From positions 11,054 through 75,053 of the IMG/VR virus record IMGVR_UViG_2765236019_000001: 64,000 nucleotides of DNA; one strand, given 5' to 3'. The translations under genes and the position numbers were made by a program. The number at the start of each line of letters is the position of its first letter. The stretch's first letter is position 1. The notes beneath the pieces were generated by a model. That model had not been told where the DNA came from, searched no databases, and worked only from the letters and a program-made list of their open reading frames with translations. Origin of the DNA: a virus. Its lineage: Duplodnaviria > Caudoviricetes. Shown in pieces: positions 36,585 through 45,862 of this stretch.

Positions 36585-37410
36585 CCGCCACCGAAATCGG
36601 CAGCGGAATCTCCTCTCCGCAACTTTCATGGGTGACGGACACGTCGGTGAGCTGCGGGCCGGGAGCGTGGTCGGCCAGATACATCAACAGGGTGCGCCGG
36701 TCGGCGATACCCAGGCTCTGGGCGAAGGCCGCGCCGTCCTCCACGGGTGTCTCCCCCACAGCGGTCACACACCGCTCCAGCAAACGGGAGTTGACCCGTG
36801 CCGGGGTTGCGTCCCTCTCCGTCAGGACGAACCTCTGATCTGCTCCCGTGGGAAAACGCACCCGGGCGATCCTGCCATCGCGCAACGTCACCGTGGGCTC
36901 GCCCCCGGGCAAGGCACGCTGCTCGACCGTGGACAGATCGATGGTCACGTCGATGAGCGAGGTGCAGCTCGGGCACTTCACTCCCTGGATCTCCAGCGGG
37001 CTACCGAACGTTGCGACGCGGATCGCCAGAAGCAGGCTGTCGCGGTCACCGACGAGCATGTCCTGGAGCTGCTCGTCGGTAGGAATCTTCGACCCCAGAG
37101 CGGCGACACCACGGCGCAGGATGGTGTCGAAGAACTCCAGTGAGTTGCGGTCCACAGCCGCAAGAGCTTCTTCGTCGGCCCCGGTCAGCTCGCGTACGCG
37201 TGCCTCGCGCACCAGCTGGCCGTCAATAGTGATCCCGACAGGGAGCAGGGCCTGCGTGGGATTGGGGCGCGGCGGGCTCGGGGCGGGCCCGCTGCTCTCG
37301 GCCAGGACCTGCTGGATCGCACGGTTGGCGGCAGCGGCGTCGGTTACGGGGTTGATTGCGGGGGCAGCGGACTGGTCGAAGGTCCAGTCGTAAGTGAGGG
37401 GCTCGGTCAC
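36565..37410 (-). CDS. T4 gp26-like baseplate hub/tail assembly chaperone
   Basis: VRELTGADEE, GDRD.LL..IR..TFG, CPSC, PTG.DQ, PGP. Confidence 0.82.
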   Translation of the reverse strand: MTEPLTYDWTFDQSAAPAINPVTDAAAANRAIQQVLAESSGPAPSPPRPNPTQALLPVGITIDGQLVREARVRELTGADEEALAAVDRNSLEFFDTILRRGVAALGSKIPTDEQLQDMLVGDRDSLLLAIRVATFGSPLEIQGVKCPSCTSLIDVTIDLSTVEQRALPGGEPTVTLRDGRIARVRFPTGADQRFVLTERDATPARVNSRLLERCVTAVGETPVEDGAAFAQSLGIADRRTLLMYLADHAPGPQLTDVSVTHESCGEEIPLPISVADAFLDL

Positions 37411-37424
37411 TGGATTCCTAATTC

Positions 37425-38003
37425 CTAGAGGGTGGCACTCGACTTGGCATTCGGGGCGACCTTGAAATCGAACCCCTCGTGCGCGAGTGTCATCTGATGC
37501 ACGGCGTACATATTCTGGCCCGCATCGAGGTCACCGAACGCCACGCTCGTCGGCCACGCGTTGTACACCCGCCACACGGCCTGAACTTTTGCGGGCGACT
37601 TGGTCACCGGGTGCTCTATCAGCATGATGTCAACAGTGGCACGGAAATCGGTGCTGGTGTCGTAGGTCTTCCCCACGCCTTGCATGACGTTGAACAGCTG
37701 GCCCATCCAGTCCAGGAGCTGCTGATCTCCCGGGCACAACCCCTTGGAGAGCGTGATGGGGCTGAAATCGCTCTGCCCGGGGAGCTTCTGGGTGGACACG
37801 TTCATTCCACCGGTGCGGTAAGCGATCACGTCAGTGGTCGAGCTGAGACCGGACACCGCCATGAAGCCAAGCTTCGGGTAGGCCCCCTGTAGCCCCTGCG
37901 GTCCCGATATCTGGACGTGGAATTTGAAGGACCGCAACGGGTCCGTGGATATGGAGGCGAGGCTGGACCTCTGCTCCACTGTCGCCCGGGTCTTACCCGC
38001 CAT
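37425..38003 (-). CDS. Tail tube protein (T4 gp19 family)
   Basis: DPLRSFKF, YR.GG, KLPG, ITLSKG, NAWP, LAHEG. Confidence 0.93.
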   Translation of the reverse strand: MAGKTRATVEQRSSLASISTDPLRSFKFHVQISGPQGLQGAYPKLGFMAVSGLSSTTDVIAYRTGGMNVSTQKLPGQSDFSPITLSKGLCPGDQQLLDWMGQLFNVMQGVGKTYDTSTDFRATVDIMLIEHPVTKSPAKVQAVWRVYNAWPTSVAFGDLDAGQNMYAVHQMTLAHEGFDFKVAPNAKSSATL

Positions 38004-38014
38004 AGCCCACTCCT

Positions 38015-39580
38015 TTACTGAAACGCCTCGGACGAGGTACTTCCGCCCTCGAACTGACCGATGTGGATCGCGATGAATTCCGCTGGGCGCAGCAGCGCCA
38101 GTCCGATGTCAATGTGGACCTCGCCGTTGGCGACTGTCTGCTCGGTGTTATTTGTCTCGTTGCACACGACTCTGAAGGCAGTTTCAGGGCTGCCGCCCTT
38201 GAGCTGGCCTGCCTGGGTCATTTCGGTCAGCCGCTGCGTGATGATTGTGGTCAGCGACGCCCAGAGATCCGGAGTGTTGGGCTGAAAAACAGCGTAACCA
38301 GTCGACTCAACGAGCAGTTTCCTCACATGGATAAGGAAACGCCTCACAGCTATGTACCGGTCTGGATACCCCGCCTTTATCGTGCGCCCGCCCATTGGGC
38401 AATAGCCCGCGCTCGGTACGTAGCGAATGATGTTGATGCCCGCCACATTCAGCTCATCGAGCTGTGCATCGGTGAAACGGAACTGGGCGCTGAAGACCCC
38501 GCGGAGCACGGCCTCCTCGCCCGCAGGAGTTCGGTGCGGCCCATGGGCGATGTCGAACCGCGCGAACTGGCCCATCAGCGCGCCCCCGGGGGGAAGCAGG
38601 CGCGTCGCACCCACAGCTGCTACTGCGGGATCTGCTGTCTGAATCCACGGTCCGTAGACAGCCGCATAGGAGGAGGCGCGCAGCGGTGCCGGAGTAGTTC
38701 CGCCATTGACCAGTGGGCTCAGTTCTCGCATCTTGGCCAGCGCCACCTCGGTCGGCGTGCCGTCAGGGACCTGCGGGGTGTCGACGATGAGGAAGGCGTA
38801 CGCGTAGCGCTCGCACCAGTCGATGACCGGGTTGAGGACGGCGGCGTCGGATACCCCGGGGAGATTGATGTTGAGAGCCGCGTTGGTGGATTCGAGTGAC
38901 TGCGCGGCAGCCGAAAGGTCCGGTGCGGCAGAGCCGTTCGAGCCGCCCGCGAGCGGCTTGTCGACTGTGACGGCGGGCGTGTTGTCGGTCGTCCACGCAA
39001 GGGGCCCGAGGTAGGCCAGAGAGATGAATCTGGATCCGCTGTCGGGTGCGTTGACGAGCGCGATAGCGTTTCGGGTGTCGGTGGGGTCCAGACTGACGTC
39101 GGTGTAGCGCTCAACGAGGCCGCCAGCGGTATCTCCAGCCGTCTTCACCGTCAGGGTGAAACGGCCAGGAGCCGTACCCGCATCGGTCACGCTGACCGTC
39201 AGTCCGTTGGCGAAAGCGCCCGGCGCGGTCGCGGTCACGCGCAGCACGTCCTTGGGGCTGGAGTTCTCACCCCCGGACTGGCGGTCCTTCAGCACCAGTG
39301 ACGCCGTTTTCGCATCTGCTGAGACTGCCCTCACGACATAGCAGGCTCTTCCCCCGTTGACGAAAAACTGGTGCACGGCGAACGGAAGCATGGAGTCGGC
39401 GCTGAACCCGCCGTACAGTGACACGAATTCCGCCCAGCTCCGAATCAGCGTCGGCTTGGACGGTCCGAAATCATGGGCTCCCACAAAAGCTGCAATGAAT
39501 TCCCCCGCCGGGGGTTCATTCACCACGATTGGATTCAGTGTCTCATCGACGAAGATTCCTGGACGCTTGTACGTGGCCAT
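38015..39580 (-). CDS. Contractile tail sheath
   Basis: Y.RPGIFV, Y.PWI, PAG, GRT, YIAVRR, AVFQPN, PAEFI. Confidence 0.95.
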   Translation of the reverse strand: MATYKRPGIFVDETLNPIVVNEPPAGEFIAAFVGAHDFGPSKPTLIRSWAEFVSLYGGFSADSMLPFAVHQFFVNGGRACYVVRAVSADAKTASLVLKDRQSGGENSSPKDVLRVTATAPGAFANGLTVSVTDAGTAPGRFTLTVKTAGDTAGGLVERYTDVSLDPTDTRNAIALVNAPDSGSRFISLAYLGPLAWTTDNTPAVTVDKPLAGGSNGSAAPDLSAAAQSLESTNAALNINLPGVSDAAVLNPVIDWCERYAYAFLIVDTPQVPDGTPTEVALAKMRELSPLVNGGTTPAPLRASSYAAVYGPWIQTADPAVAAVGATRLLPPGGALMGQFARFDIAHGPHRTPAGEEAVLRGVFSAQFRFTDAQLDELNVAGINIIRYVPSAGYCPMGGRTIKAGYPDRYIAVRRFLIHVRKLLVESTGYAVFQPNTPDLWASLTTIITQRLTEMTQAGQLKGGSPETAFRVVCNETNNTEQTVANGEVHIDIGLALLRPAEFIAIHIGQFEGGSTSSEAFQ

Positions 39581-39594
39581 GCGGCTCCTTAGCA

Positions 39595-40194
39595 CTACGG
39601 GACCTGCGCGTCGTGCAGATCGGTGATGACGGTCTTGACCGGCGTGGGAGTGGACACGGCCCCGAGGACCTCACTAGTGACGCTAACGAGGTAAGCGGCA
39701 GTAAGGAGGCGCTTTTGATGCTCGTCCCAGCCTATGTGAAATTCTGGCCCCTCTAGTTCGAGGCTACGTACAGTGCCGTCCTCGGGGACTTCCAGATAAC
39801 CGAAGCGCACAGGAAGAAGGTCCACGGAGCTGAGTCGAGCGACCAGGTCCGTAAGATGCGCCTGCTTCCGGCACAGCACATTGACCTGGTATTCGATCCG
39901 GTATGGAATGGGATTGTCCGTGTAGTACGGAGAAGCCGCCCCATCAGCCATGCCGGGCCAAGGCGCGTAGCCCTCTGGCGCATAGCCGAGCTGCACAACA
40001 CCCCGGGCTTCTCGACGCGGGTCGCGCACAGCGCGCGTGCGCTCCAGGACAATGAGAGGGAAAGTTTGATCGGCCAGCTCGCTTTCCGGATAGGAGAACC
40101 GCACCCCGACAGGGGTCTCCATGGAACCGTCTTTCACACTGAGCCCCTGGAGCTTTCGCCGCAATGCGGCATCCTCGTTCAGCAGCCACGGCAT
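39595..40194 (-). CDS. Tail completion/sheath terminator-like protein
   Basis: Position directly upstream of sheath; FP.I motif. Confidence 0.7.
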   Translation of the reverse strand: MPWLLNEDAALRRKLQGLSVKDGSMETPVGVRFSYPESELADQTFPLIVLERTRAVRDPRREARGVVQLGYAPEGYAPWPGMADGAASPYYTDNPIPYRIEYQVNVLCRKQAHLTDLVARLSSVDLLPVRFGYLEVPEDGTVRSLELEGPEFHIGWDEHQKRLLTAAYLVSVTSEVLGAVSTPTPVKTVITDLHDAQVP

Positions 40195-40226
40195 CGATTT
40201 GACCTCTCAGAAACTCCGACAGGTCC

Positions 40227-40256
40227 AGATTCACATCAGATGTGCATGCGGTGTTA
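40227..40256 (-). promoter_or_regulatory. Phage promoter motif TAAC-N20-GAATCT
   Basis: Upstream of tail operon; contains the CACATCAGATGTG palindrome. Confidence 0.65.
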
Positions 40257-40257
40257 G

Positions 40258-40797
40258 CTAGTCATTCTGGCGGACATGCCGCGAACCGAAACGCCGGTAA
40301 TCGTCGAAAATGGAATCTGCCGTGATTTCATCAGGCATGATTTCGGTGAGCTTCAGCGAAACCACGAAATCGTGTCGCCTCAATCGGCCCAGAGCCTGGA
40401 GGTCGTCGATCCGGTGTAGACACCCGTCATAACCGATCCAGTCACTCAGATACCTGCGGGTGTCGATGTCTGGCTGACTGATGCCGACTCGGGCGAGCTG
40501 CCGCGCGGCGGCCGTCACGTACAGCGGAGCCACCTGGTACAGGCCCTGCGCGGTGCGCTCGACGGCGCCCTGGTCGCGAGAGACGTCCATCACTGGCACC
40601 GTGATCGGTGGATGGTAGGCCCGGCCTCCGGGAGCTGCGCCCTCGTCGTAGACGTCGTGAGCGTGGGACTGCGCTGGCGCGGCCCGGAACCACGAGACGC
40701 AGTCGCCCTTGCGGTGCTGCCAGGCACGCAGCCCGGCGTCGATCCGGGCCGCGTGGTATGCGGTGCTGAAGCGCCCGCTCTTCCAGTCGGCCCTCAT
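40258..40797 (-). CDS. Probable head closure/neck protein
   Basis: D.YDEG motif; ATGA overlap; neck position. Confidence 0.65.
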   Translation of the reverse strand: MRADWKSGRFSTAYHAARIDAGLRAWQHRKGDCVSWFRAAPAQSHAHDVYDEGAAPGGRAYHPPITVPVMDVSRDQGAVERTAQGLYQVAPLYVTAAARQLARVGISQPDIDTRRYLSDWIGYDGCLHRIDDLQALGRLRRHDFVVSLKLTEIMPDEITADSIFDDYRRFGSRHVRQND

Positions 40798-41612
40798 CCG
40801 GTGAGCCCGCTGATGATGGGCGATGCGATGCCGGAGGGGTCTTCGTTGCGGCGGTCGATGGGCGGGAGCTGGCGCGTTGGGTAGGCAGAGTCGTCGTACT
40901 CGCGCGGCGTGAAGATGGGCACGAGACGGTTGTTGTACGGAGAGACGCGGCGCAGTGTCGCCATTTCGATGCGGTAGAGGCCCACGTTGAGCTGCTGACA
41001 CAGGTCCCGGTATCGCGTCTCCAGATTCTCAATCTGCGCCATAACCTGGGTGTAGATCTGCCCGCGGGCGACGTGCGTGCCCTCTGCCGTGTGGATGTCG
41101 GGCTCCATGGAGGCGTCCGTCGCCACCGCCCACAGCACATTGACGGCCGCCAAGACGGCCAGCGGCAGCTCCTCGATCTCCGGCAGCGTCGCCAGGGTCA
41201 CCGGTTCGTCCTCGTACCGGTAGAACCCCTCCGCCGACCGATACCGGACCGTGACGACCCGGTCGGAGCAGTGCTGGAGGACCGCGTCCTGGAGGTGGAT
41301 GACCAGCTCCTGGTCGTCGACCATGCCGCCGGATCGTCCCTCCACGATCACCACGGCGCCCAGCGGCAGCGGTCCCAGACCCTCCCGGAAAATGACCCGC
41401 CCTTCCCGGGAGAGCAGGGTGTAGTCCGTACCAGCGGCCAGCTCACGGCTCTGACCGCCCTGGACAAGCAGAGCCTTGGTGATGGTGACGCGTGTCTGGG
41501 AGAGGTCGTATTCAGACAGCTCGCCCGTGCCGGTCAGCACATCGCGGAACTCGCTGCCGAAATCGCCGAGCAGCGAGCGGACCCGCGCAAGCATCTGTGC
41601 CTGATCAGCCAT
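40794..41612 (-). CDS. Probable head-tail adaptor
   Basis: RVR..LGD N-terminus, LRRVS..NRLVP.F.PREYDD; neck position. Confidence 0.7.
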   Translation of the reverse strand: MADQAQMLARVRSLLGDFGSEFRDVLTGTGELSEYDLSQTRVTITKALLVQGGQSRELAAGTDYTLLSREGRVIFREGLGPLPLGAVVIVEGRSGGMVDDQELVIHLQDAVLQHCSDRVVTVRYRSAEGFYRYEDEPVTLATLPEIEELPLAVLAAVNVLWAVATDASMEPDIHTAEGTHVARGQIYTQVMAQIENLETRYRDLCQQLNVGLYRIEMATLRRVSPYNNRLVPIFTPREYDDSAYPTRQLPPIDRRNEDPSGIASPIISGLTG

Positions 41613-42214
41613 CAGCCCACCCCGCAGGACAGGGCCCCAGCCCTGATGGACACCGACTCCCCCGCATGCACCTCGTGCGGGTCAGTCAGCTCGATGACAC
41701 TGACGACCCTGCCGGACCCGTCTGACGCCGCCAGCGTGACAGCGACGTGCGTGACGCTGACCGCCGCACCGCTCGGCAGCAGCGGCCCGAAAACGATCTC
41801 TGCGGCGTTCGCCGCCGCGCTGATGCGACCCTGGTCGTCGACCCCTATCTCCCCCAGCTCCAGCAACTGCGGGAGATAGCCCTCAGCGTCGATTTCGCTC
41901 TGCGCCAGCGTGGCCAGCGTGACCGTCCGCCCTGGATCGCTGGTCAGCAGATGCACGTGCCGAGCCACCTCCCGAGGCGGGACGGCGCCAACCTCGGCCT
42001 TCAGTGCGGCCAGACCCTCCGGTGTGGAGGCCGCCGCGAGCAGGTCCTCCAGAAAGCCGCGCGGCAGGCACCTCATCAAGGCGCCGCGCTCGGGAGTCAC
42101 CGCCCAGGCCGTGTGAAGGCAGTCGCTCACCACCGCCGGGAGGTCCGGTGCGGCCACCATGGCACGCGTCAGCTCCACACTGGTCTGAACCGGGACGTAT
42201 GTCGGCACCGTCAC
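41612..42214 (-). CDS. Virion structural protein
   Basis: C-terminal N...I.F..VTH...G.L beta-sandwich; structural operon. Confidence 0.6.
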   Translation of the reverse strand: MTVPTYVPVQTSVELTRAMVAAPDLPAVVSDCLHTAWAVTPERGALMRCLPRGFLEDLLAAASTPEGLAALKAEVGAVPPREVARHVHLLTSDPGRTVTLATLAQSEIDAEGYLPQLLELGEIGVDDQGRISAAANAAEIVFGPLLPSGAAVSVTHVAVTLAASDGSGRVVSVIELTDPHEVHAGESVSIRAGALSCGVG

Positions 42215-42513
42215 TGCACCTCCTGGGCAATCTCGTCAGGACTGGGAAGTTCGACCGGCGGCGGATCAGGGTCCGGCTGCGGATCGGGCGGCGGCACGAC
42301 AGGCGGCGGGGTGTACTCGGAGAAGTGCTTTTTGAAAAACGTCTGCGAGTACCGGATCAGTCGAGGGGGCGGTGATGTCCTGCCAGCAGGGAACGAGAAA
42401 ATGACGCTGCCATTGGCGACGGAAATAACATCCACGACGCTGCCCGGCTCCAGCCGCCCATACCCAATACCAATGCCGTCAGAAGACGTCAGCTGATACG
42501 AACGGCCTGCCAT
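42211..42513 (-). CDS. Hypothetical protein with Pro-rich tail
   Basis: Packed in structural operon. Confidence 0.55.
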   Translation of the reverse strand: MAGRSYQLTSSDGIGIGYGRLEPGSVVDVISVANGSVIFSFPAGRTSPPPRLIRYSQTFFKKHFSEYTPPPVVPPPDPQPDPDPPPVELPSPDEIAQEVQ

Positions 42514-42521
42514 AACCGACG

Positions 42522-42884
42522 TCAGGCCCCCCACACGTAGCCCTTTTCTGCAAGATGGTTGTACACGAACGCAGGCACCTTGTAGGTACGACCGGCTTCA
42601 AAGGTGAACGTATTTCGGTAGCCGATCGTCACGTTCTCCAGATCCTCCACCACACGCATCTCGCGGGTGCTCTCACCGACAACGACCGGCAGCTGTTCAA
42701 CATTGGCAGCAGGCGGGGCAGTCAGGTCCACGACCTGGGATCGGACCTCGTCAGCAACCTGCGCCTCGGCCAACTGCGCCTTGGCGGCTTCCTTCTCGGC
42801 CAGGTCGCGGTTCGTCTCCAGCGTTCGCTTGACCCGGCCGGTGGCATCCCGAGGGCTCGTCACGCGCTTAGCAGTCGTCGCCAT
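42522..42884 (-). CDS. Head-associated hypothetical protein
   Basis: GAGGAG RBS; F..G..YKVP...HL..KGY. Confidence 0.75.
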   Translation of the reverse strand: MATTAKRVTSPRDATGRVKRTLETNRDLAEKEAAKAQLAEAQVADEVRSQVVDLTAPPAANVEQLPVVVGESTREMRVVEDLENVTIGYRNTFTFEAGRTYKVPAFVYNHLAEKGYVWGA

Positions 42885-42921
42885 CTCTAGACTCCTCACA
42901 TAGCAAAATCCCTGCGACGGA

Positions 42922-42951
42922 ATCTTCGCAGGGATTTTGCCTGGGGAGTTA
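42922..42951 (-). promoter_or_regulatory. Phage promoter motif TAAC-N20-GAAGAT
   Basis: Restarts structural genes after island A; overlapped by a 15-bp inverted repeat at 42903-42940. Confidence 0.65.
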
Positions 42952-43058
42952 TACGGGTCGGCCTGTTACTGGGTTCCCCGCCCCGCGAACAGGCGGCTTC
43001 GATATCGACTTCGCCACCCAAGCAGTGCTATGTCGCTGACCAGCGGAGGTGCCCCTGG

Positions 43059-43808
43059 TCAGCCGTTGAGGCGCTGCACCTTGGTGCTCAAAATCGCTTG
43101 CATTTCGATGATGCGCCTAGGGTCCGGACGGGGGTGCATCCACTTGTTCTTGGGGTGCATCTGAGCCCGCAACGGCGCGGCTTTCAGAAAGGCACTGAAA
43201 GTATGGTCTTCCCACGGGGGTACCCACGCTCCGGAGCGGCATACGAAGCAGGCTGAGAAGGCGACCGGAGGCGGCACGCCGTCGTCAATAGACATGGCCA
43301 CTTCTACTAGCGGCTCTTCGGTCGGGCGGTCCAGTGACTCACGCCATGGCGGAAAGTGGACGTGTAGCTCGGCGCCTGCCCACGCATGGGCCAACATCCA
43401 ATTTTCGCACCGGATCCCGTCGCCGCTAGCCTTCCACTCTTCGAAGCTCGCGTGATTGAGCTTGCACCCCGCATCATGGTGCGCGTCGTACAGGTGGATC
43501 GTGTCCCACGAGCCTTCACCGCCCACGTCGCTTGGCCATAGATGCCCCGCCCACGCGTTGCTGTCTGCGTAGATCAACGGAGCCCCGTCCGTGAACCAGA
43601 ACCGCCCCCAGAACCCGCCCCAGCCGCTCGCGGTGGGCAGCGGGACTCCGGCTTCGCTGAATCGCTTGGCGCGTTCCACCCACACAACTTCGGTGTGATG
43701 TTCGTCTTCGGCCACAGGCCATCCGTACAGCTCCGGGTGGGAGCCCATGGGAGCGCCAGCGTCCGGGTTGGGGAAGAAGAAGTCCCAGTCAACGACGAGC
43801 AGATGCAT
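43059..43808 (-). CDS. Arginase/UPF0489-like metallohydrolase
   Basis: VDWDFF, DAHHD, CENW, CRSGAWVPPW motifs; GAGGAGG RBS. Confidence 0.65.
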   Translation of the reverse strand: MHLLVVDWDFFFPNPDAGAPMGSHPELYGWPVAEDEHHTEVVWVERAKRFSEAGVPLPTASGWGGFWGRFWFTDGAPLIYADSNAWAGHLWPSDVGGEGSWDTIHLYDAHHDAGCKLNHASFEEWKASGDGIRCENWMLAHAWAGAELHVHFPPWRESLDRPTEEPLVEVAMSIDDGVPPPVAFSACFVCRSGAWVPPWEDHTFSAFLKAAPLRAQMHPKNKWMHPRPDPRRIIEMQAILSTKVQRLNG

Positions 43809-43845
43809 TCGGTTACCTCCTCGGGGGGCAGCTTAGCGGCAGACA

Positions 43846-43886
43846 GCACTGCCCCCGACCGCAACTTGCCAGCGGCCGGGGGCAGT
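43846..43886. terminator. GC-rich hairpin
   Basis: ACTGCCCCCG.CCGC...GCGG.CGGGGGCAGT. Confidence 0.5.
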
Positions 43887-43893
43887 TGATCAC

Positions 43894-44010
43894 TCAGGCG
43901 TTCTGGAAGTGACCAGGGCTTCCGCTGCCGCCCTGGCCGTCGCCGTCCTCAACGTCGGTATTATCCGACCCCGTGGCCGCCGTCATCCTCGCCGCCGTGC
44001 GCGGCGGCAT
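43894..44010 (-). CDS. 38 aa Gly/Asp-rich peptide
   Basis: Hand-translated MPPRTAARMTAATGSDNTDVEDGDGQGGSGSPGHFQNA after GGAGAGGA. Confidence 0.4.
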   Translation of the reverse strand: MPPRTAARMTAATGSDNTDVEDGDGQGGSGSPGHFQNA

Positions 44011-44239
44011 TCCTCTCCAGTGCTTCCTTGAGGGTCACAGGCGTTTGCCTTCCCAAGAAATTCGATTCGAGGAGTTTCCCCGGATCGTGGTGCACCTGCT
44101 GGCCCGGCCGCCTGATGGCCGGGGGCTTGCCCGCCCCCGTCGAGACTCTCGCCCCGGGTGGGGGAATGCGATTGTCTGCGACGGGTAGCGGAGTTTAAAG
44201 AGGCGTTATTGGCCATTCACGGCGCACCGCCAGAGGTTT

Positions 44240-44395
44240 TCACGTTCCGTACCAGCGCCCCTCCTTCTGGCCGCGCTCATCGAGGTTCTGCGACACCATC
44301 GCCTGTCGCTCCTTGGCGTTTTGAGTGCCAGCCACCTCCGAGTCCCGGTTGCGCCGCTCTTTAGCGGCCTTGATGGTGTGTTTTGCTTTCGACAC
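44240..44395 (-). CDS. 51 aa hypothetical protein
   Basis: Hand-translated VSKAKHTIKAAKERRNR...; AGAGAGGA RBS. Confidence 0.5.
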   Translation of the reverse strand: MSKAKHTIKAAKERRNRDSEVAGTQNAKERQAMVSQNLDERGQKEGRWYGT

Positions 44396-44490
44396 TGCTT
44401 TTCCTCTCTTTCATCGGGCCCGTCCCACTAGTCCACCGTTGTTTGGGATGGCGGGCCGGGGTACGGATCCGGCAACGGCGCTAACGACCG

Positions 44491-44646
44491 CTATTTCCCG
44501 GACTGCCTGTCGGCAATCTCCTGTGCAGATTGCGCAGCCGCATCACGTACCGCCGGAGGGAGACTCTCATCTCCGGCTGCCTGACTCAGGCTTTTGATAC
44601 TGGCGATGTCGTTGAAAAACTCGTCGTCGTCATTCTGCTTGCCCAT
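44491..44646 (-). CDS. 51 aa acidic hypothetical protein
   Basis: Hand-translated MGKQNDDDEFFNDIASI...; AAGAGG RBS. Confidence 0.55.
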   Translation of the reverse strand: MGKQNDDDEFFNDIASIKSLSQAAGDESLPPAVRDAAAQSAQEIADRQSGK

Positions 44647-44730
44647 GTCACCTCTTTTGAAATCGTTTCAGGTTTCTTACCGGACGAACGCAGGAGCGTA
44701 GCGACCGGCGGCACACATGCGGGAGTAGTC

Positions 44731-44976
44731 TCACGACTGTATGCCGCGGGTAGCTACCGTCCATGCTTCGGCCAGCATTCCGTACCTCCGCACTCGAAAT
44801 CGATATTTCTCCGATTCGGCGGCTGTCGCATGCCGACACTGGTCGGGGTCCGCGTCCCATTCTTCCCCAAGGCCAGTTGATTCATCCACCAGCGTCGGAA
44901 TACCGTCTCGGAAGTCCGTGACGCGGGCAACGGTTTTTCGGCCTTCATCAAACACTATGCTGCCGACCTTCCACAT
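44731..44976 (-). CDS. Small SH3-like Streptomyces hypothetical protein
   Basis: G.EW.ADP...R.AT motif; GGGAGG RBS. Confidence 0.65.
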   Translation of the reverse strand: MWKVGSIVFDEGRKTVARVTDFRDGIPTLVDESTGLGEEWDADPDQCRHATAAESEKYRFRVRRYGMLAEAWTVATRGIQS

Positions 44977-45047
44977 CGCGCACCTCCCAGAAGAGAAATG
45001 AGTGTGTCAGGAGAAGGAGTGCTCACCCTTGGGCCGAGTGTTTCGGA

Positions 45048-45362
45048 TCAGGGACTTATCCCCTCAACGCTTTGGCGCTGTTTCGATCGAGCAGCCGCAC
45101 TCCGCTCCAACGCCTCCGCATAGCCCCTCTGCATTTCTTCGCTTCGTCGCCCTCTTCGTAATTGAACGCCCGCCGCCAGCAACATTCTGTGCACGAAGTC
45201 ACGTGACCGCCCAGTCGCACCCACTAGAATTGGGAAAGAGGCTCCCGCATCGTAGTGCCGCTTCAAAGCGTCGCGGACCTGCACCTTTTGCTTGGGAGTC
45301 AGCCGCTGCCGCGGATCCAATCTCGGTATCTCTGGCAATTCAGCCTCGCCCGTCAGACTCAC
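45048..45362 (-). CDS. HTH DNA-binding protein
   Basis: YDAGAS...L...TGRS..FVHR.L..AGV.LR. Confidence 0.75.
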   Translation of the reverse strand: MSLTGEAELPEIPRLDPRQRLTPKQKVQVRDALKRHYDAGASFPILVGATGRSRDFVHRMLLAAGVQLRRGRRSEEMQRGYAEALERSAAARSKQRQSVEGISP

Positions 45363-45561
45363 GTCCCCTCGCTCCTCCCCTACCACGGATCTTTACGCCC
45401 CAACCGACGAGCGTGCCCTTCAGCCAGTACTCACTGACCTGGAAATCACTGGCGATCTTATTAAGCGGCTCCCCGCCGTCGTACCGATTGACCACTTCAG
45501 CCTTACTGCGTCGTACAGTCTGCCGCGCTTCTTCGACCTCTTTTTGAGTCCGCCGCGCCAT
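45340..45561 (-). CDS. HTH DNA-binding protein (same family as neighbour)
   Basis: YDGGEPLNKIASDFQVS...L...GVKIR. Confidence 0.7.
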   Translation of the reverse strand: MARRTQKEVEEARQTVRRSKAEVVNRYDGGEPLNKIASDFQVSEYWLKGTLVGWGVKIRGRGGARGRESDGRG

Positions 45562-45855
45562 CTACCCATCTCCCAACGTCGCATAGCTGCGGTACCGGCG
45601 GGTGTGGCACCTCGTACAAGAACTCCGGCCGCCATCGTCGGTCTCCCAACGGCACGGCTTTTCAGCTGAGTCTGTCGGGCCGTCGTATCTCAGTACGCAG
45701 ATGTGACCCGCAAGACCGTGCGCGGCAATCAGTCCTCTCCAGTACCGACCCACCCCTACGTCACGAGAGAAATCCCTCTCGGCCTGAAGCGCTAGAGCTA
45801 ACCACCCTTGGCACGTCTCACATTTACCGGAACCCTTACCCCGAGCCACTGCCAT
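45562..45855 (-). CDS. Cys/His-rich putative zinc-binding protein (DUF6255-like C-terminus)
   Basis: CETC...H; C.W...CTRC.TRRY..Y..L. Confidence 0.55.
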   Translation of the reverse strand: MAVARGKGSGKCETCQGWLALALQAERDFSRDVGVGRYWRGLIAAHGLAGHICVLRYDGPTDSAEKPCRWETDDGGRSSCTRCHTRRYRSYATLGDG

Positions 45856-45862
45856 CCCCCGG

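Noticed and set aside
21743-40194. Stand-alone extracellular contractile injection system
   Set aside because: Linked terminase, portal, scaffold and capsid show a full phage; no CIS AAA+ ATPase recognised
42240-42315. Short repeats (PDPQPDPDPPP)
   Set aside because: Ordinary Pro-rich linker coding sequence
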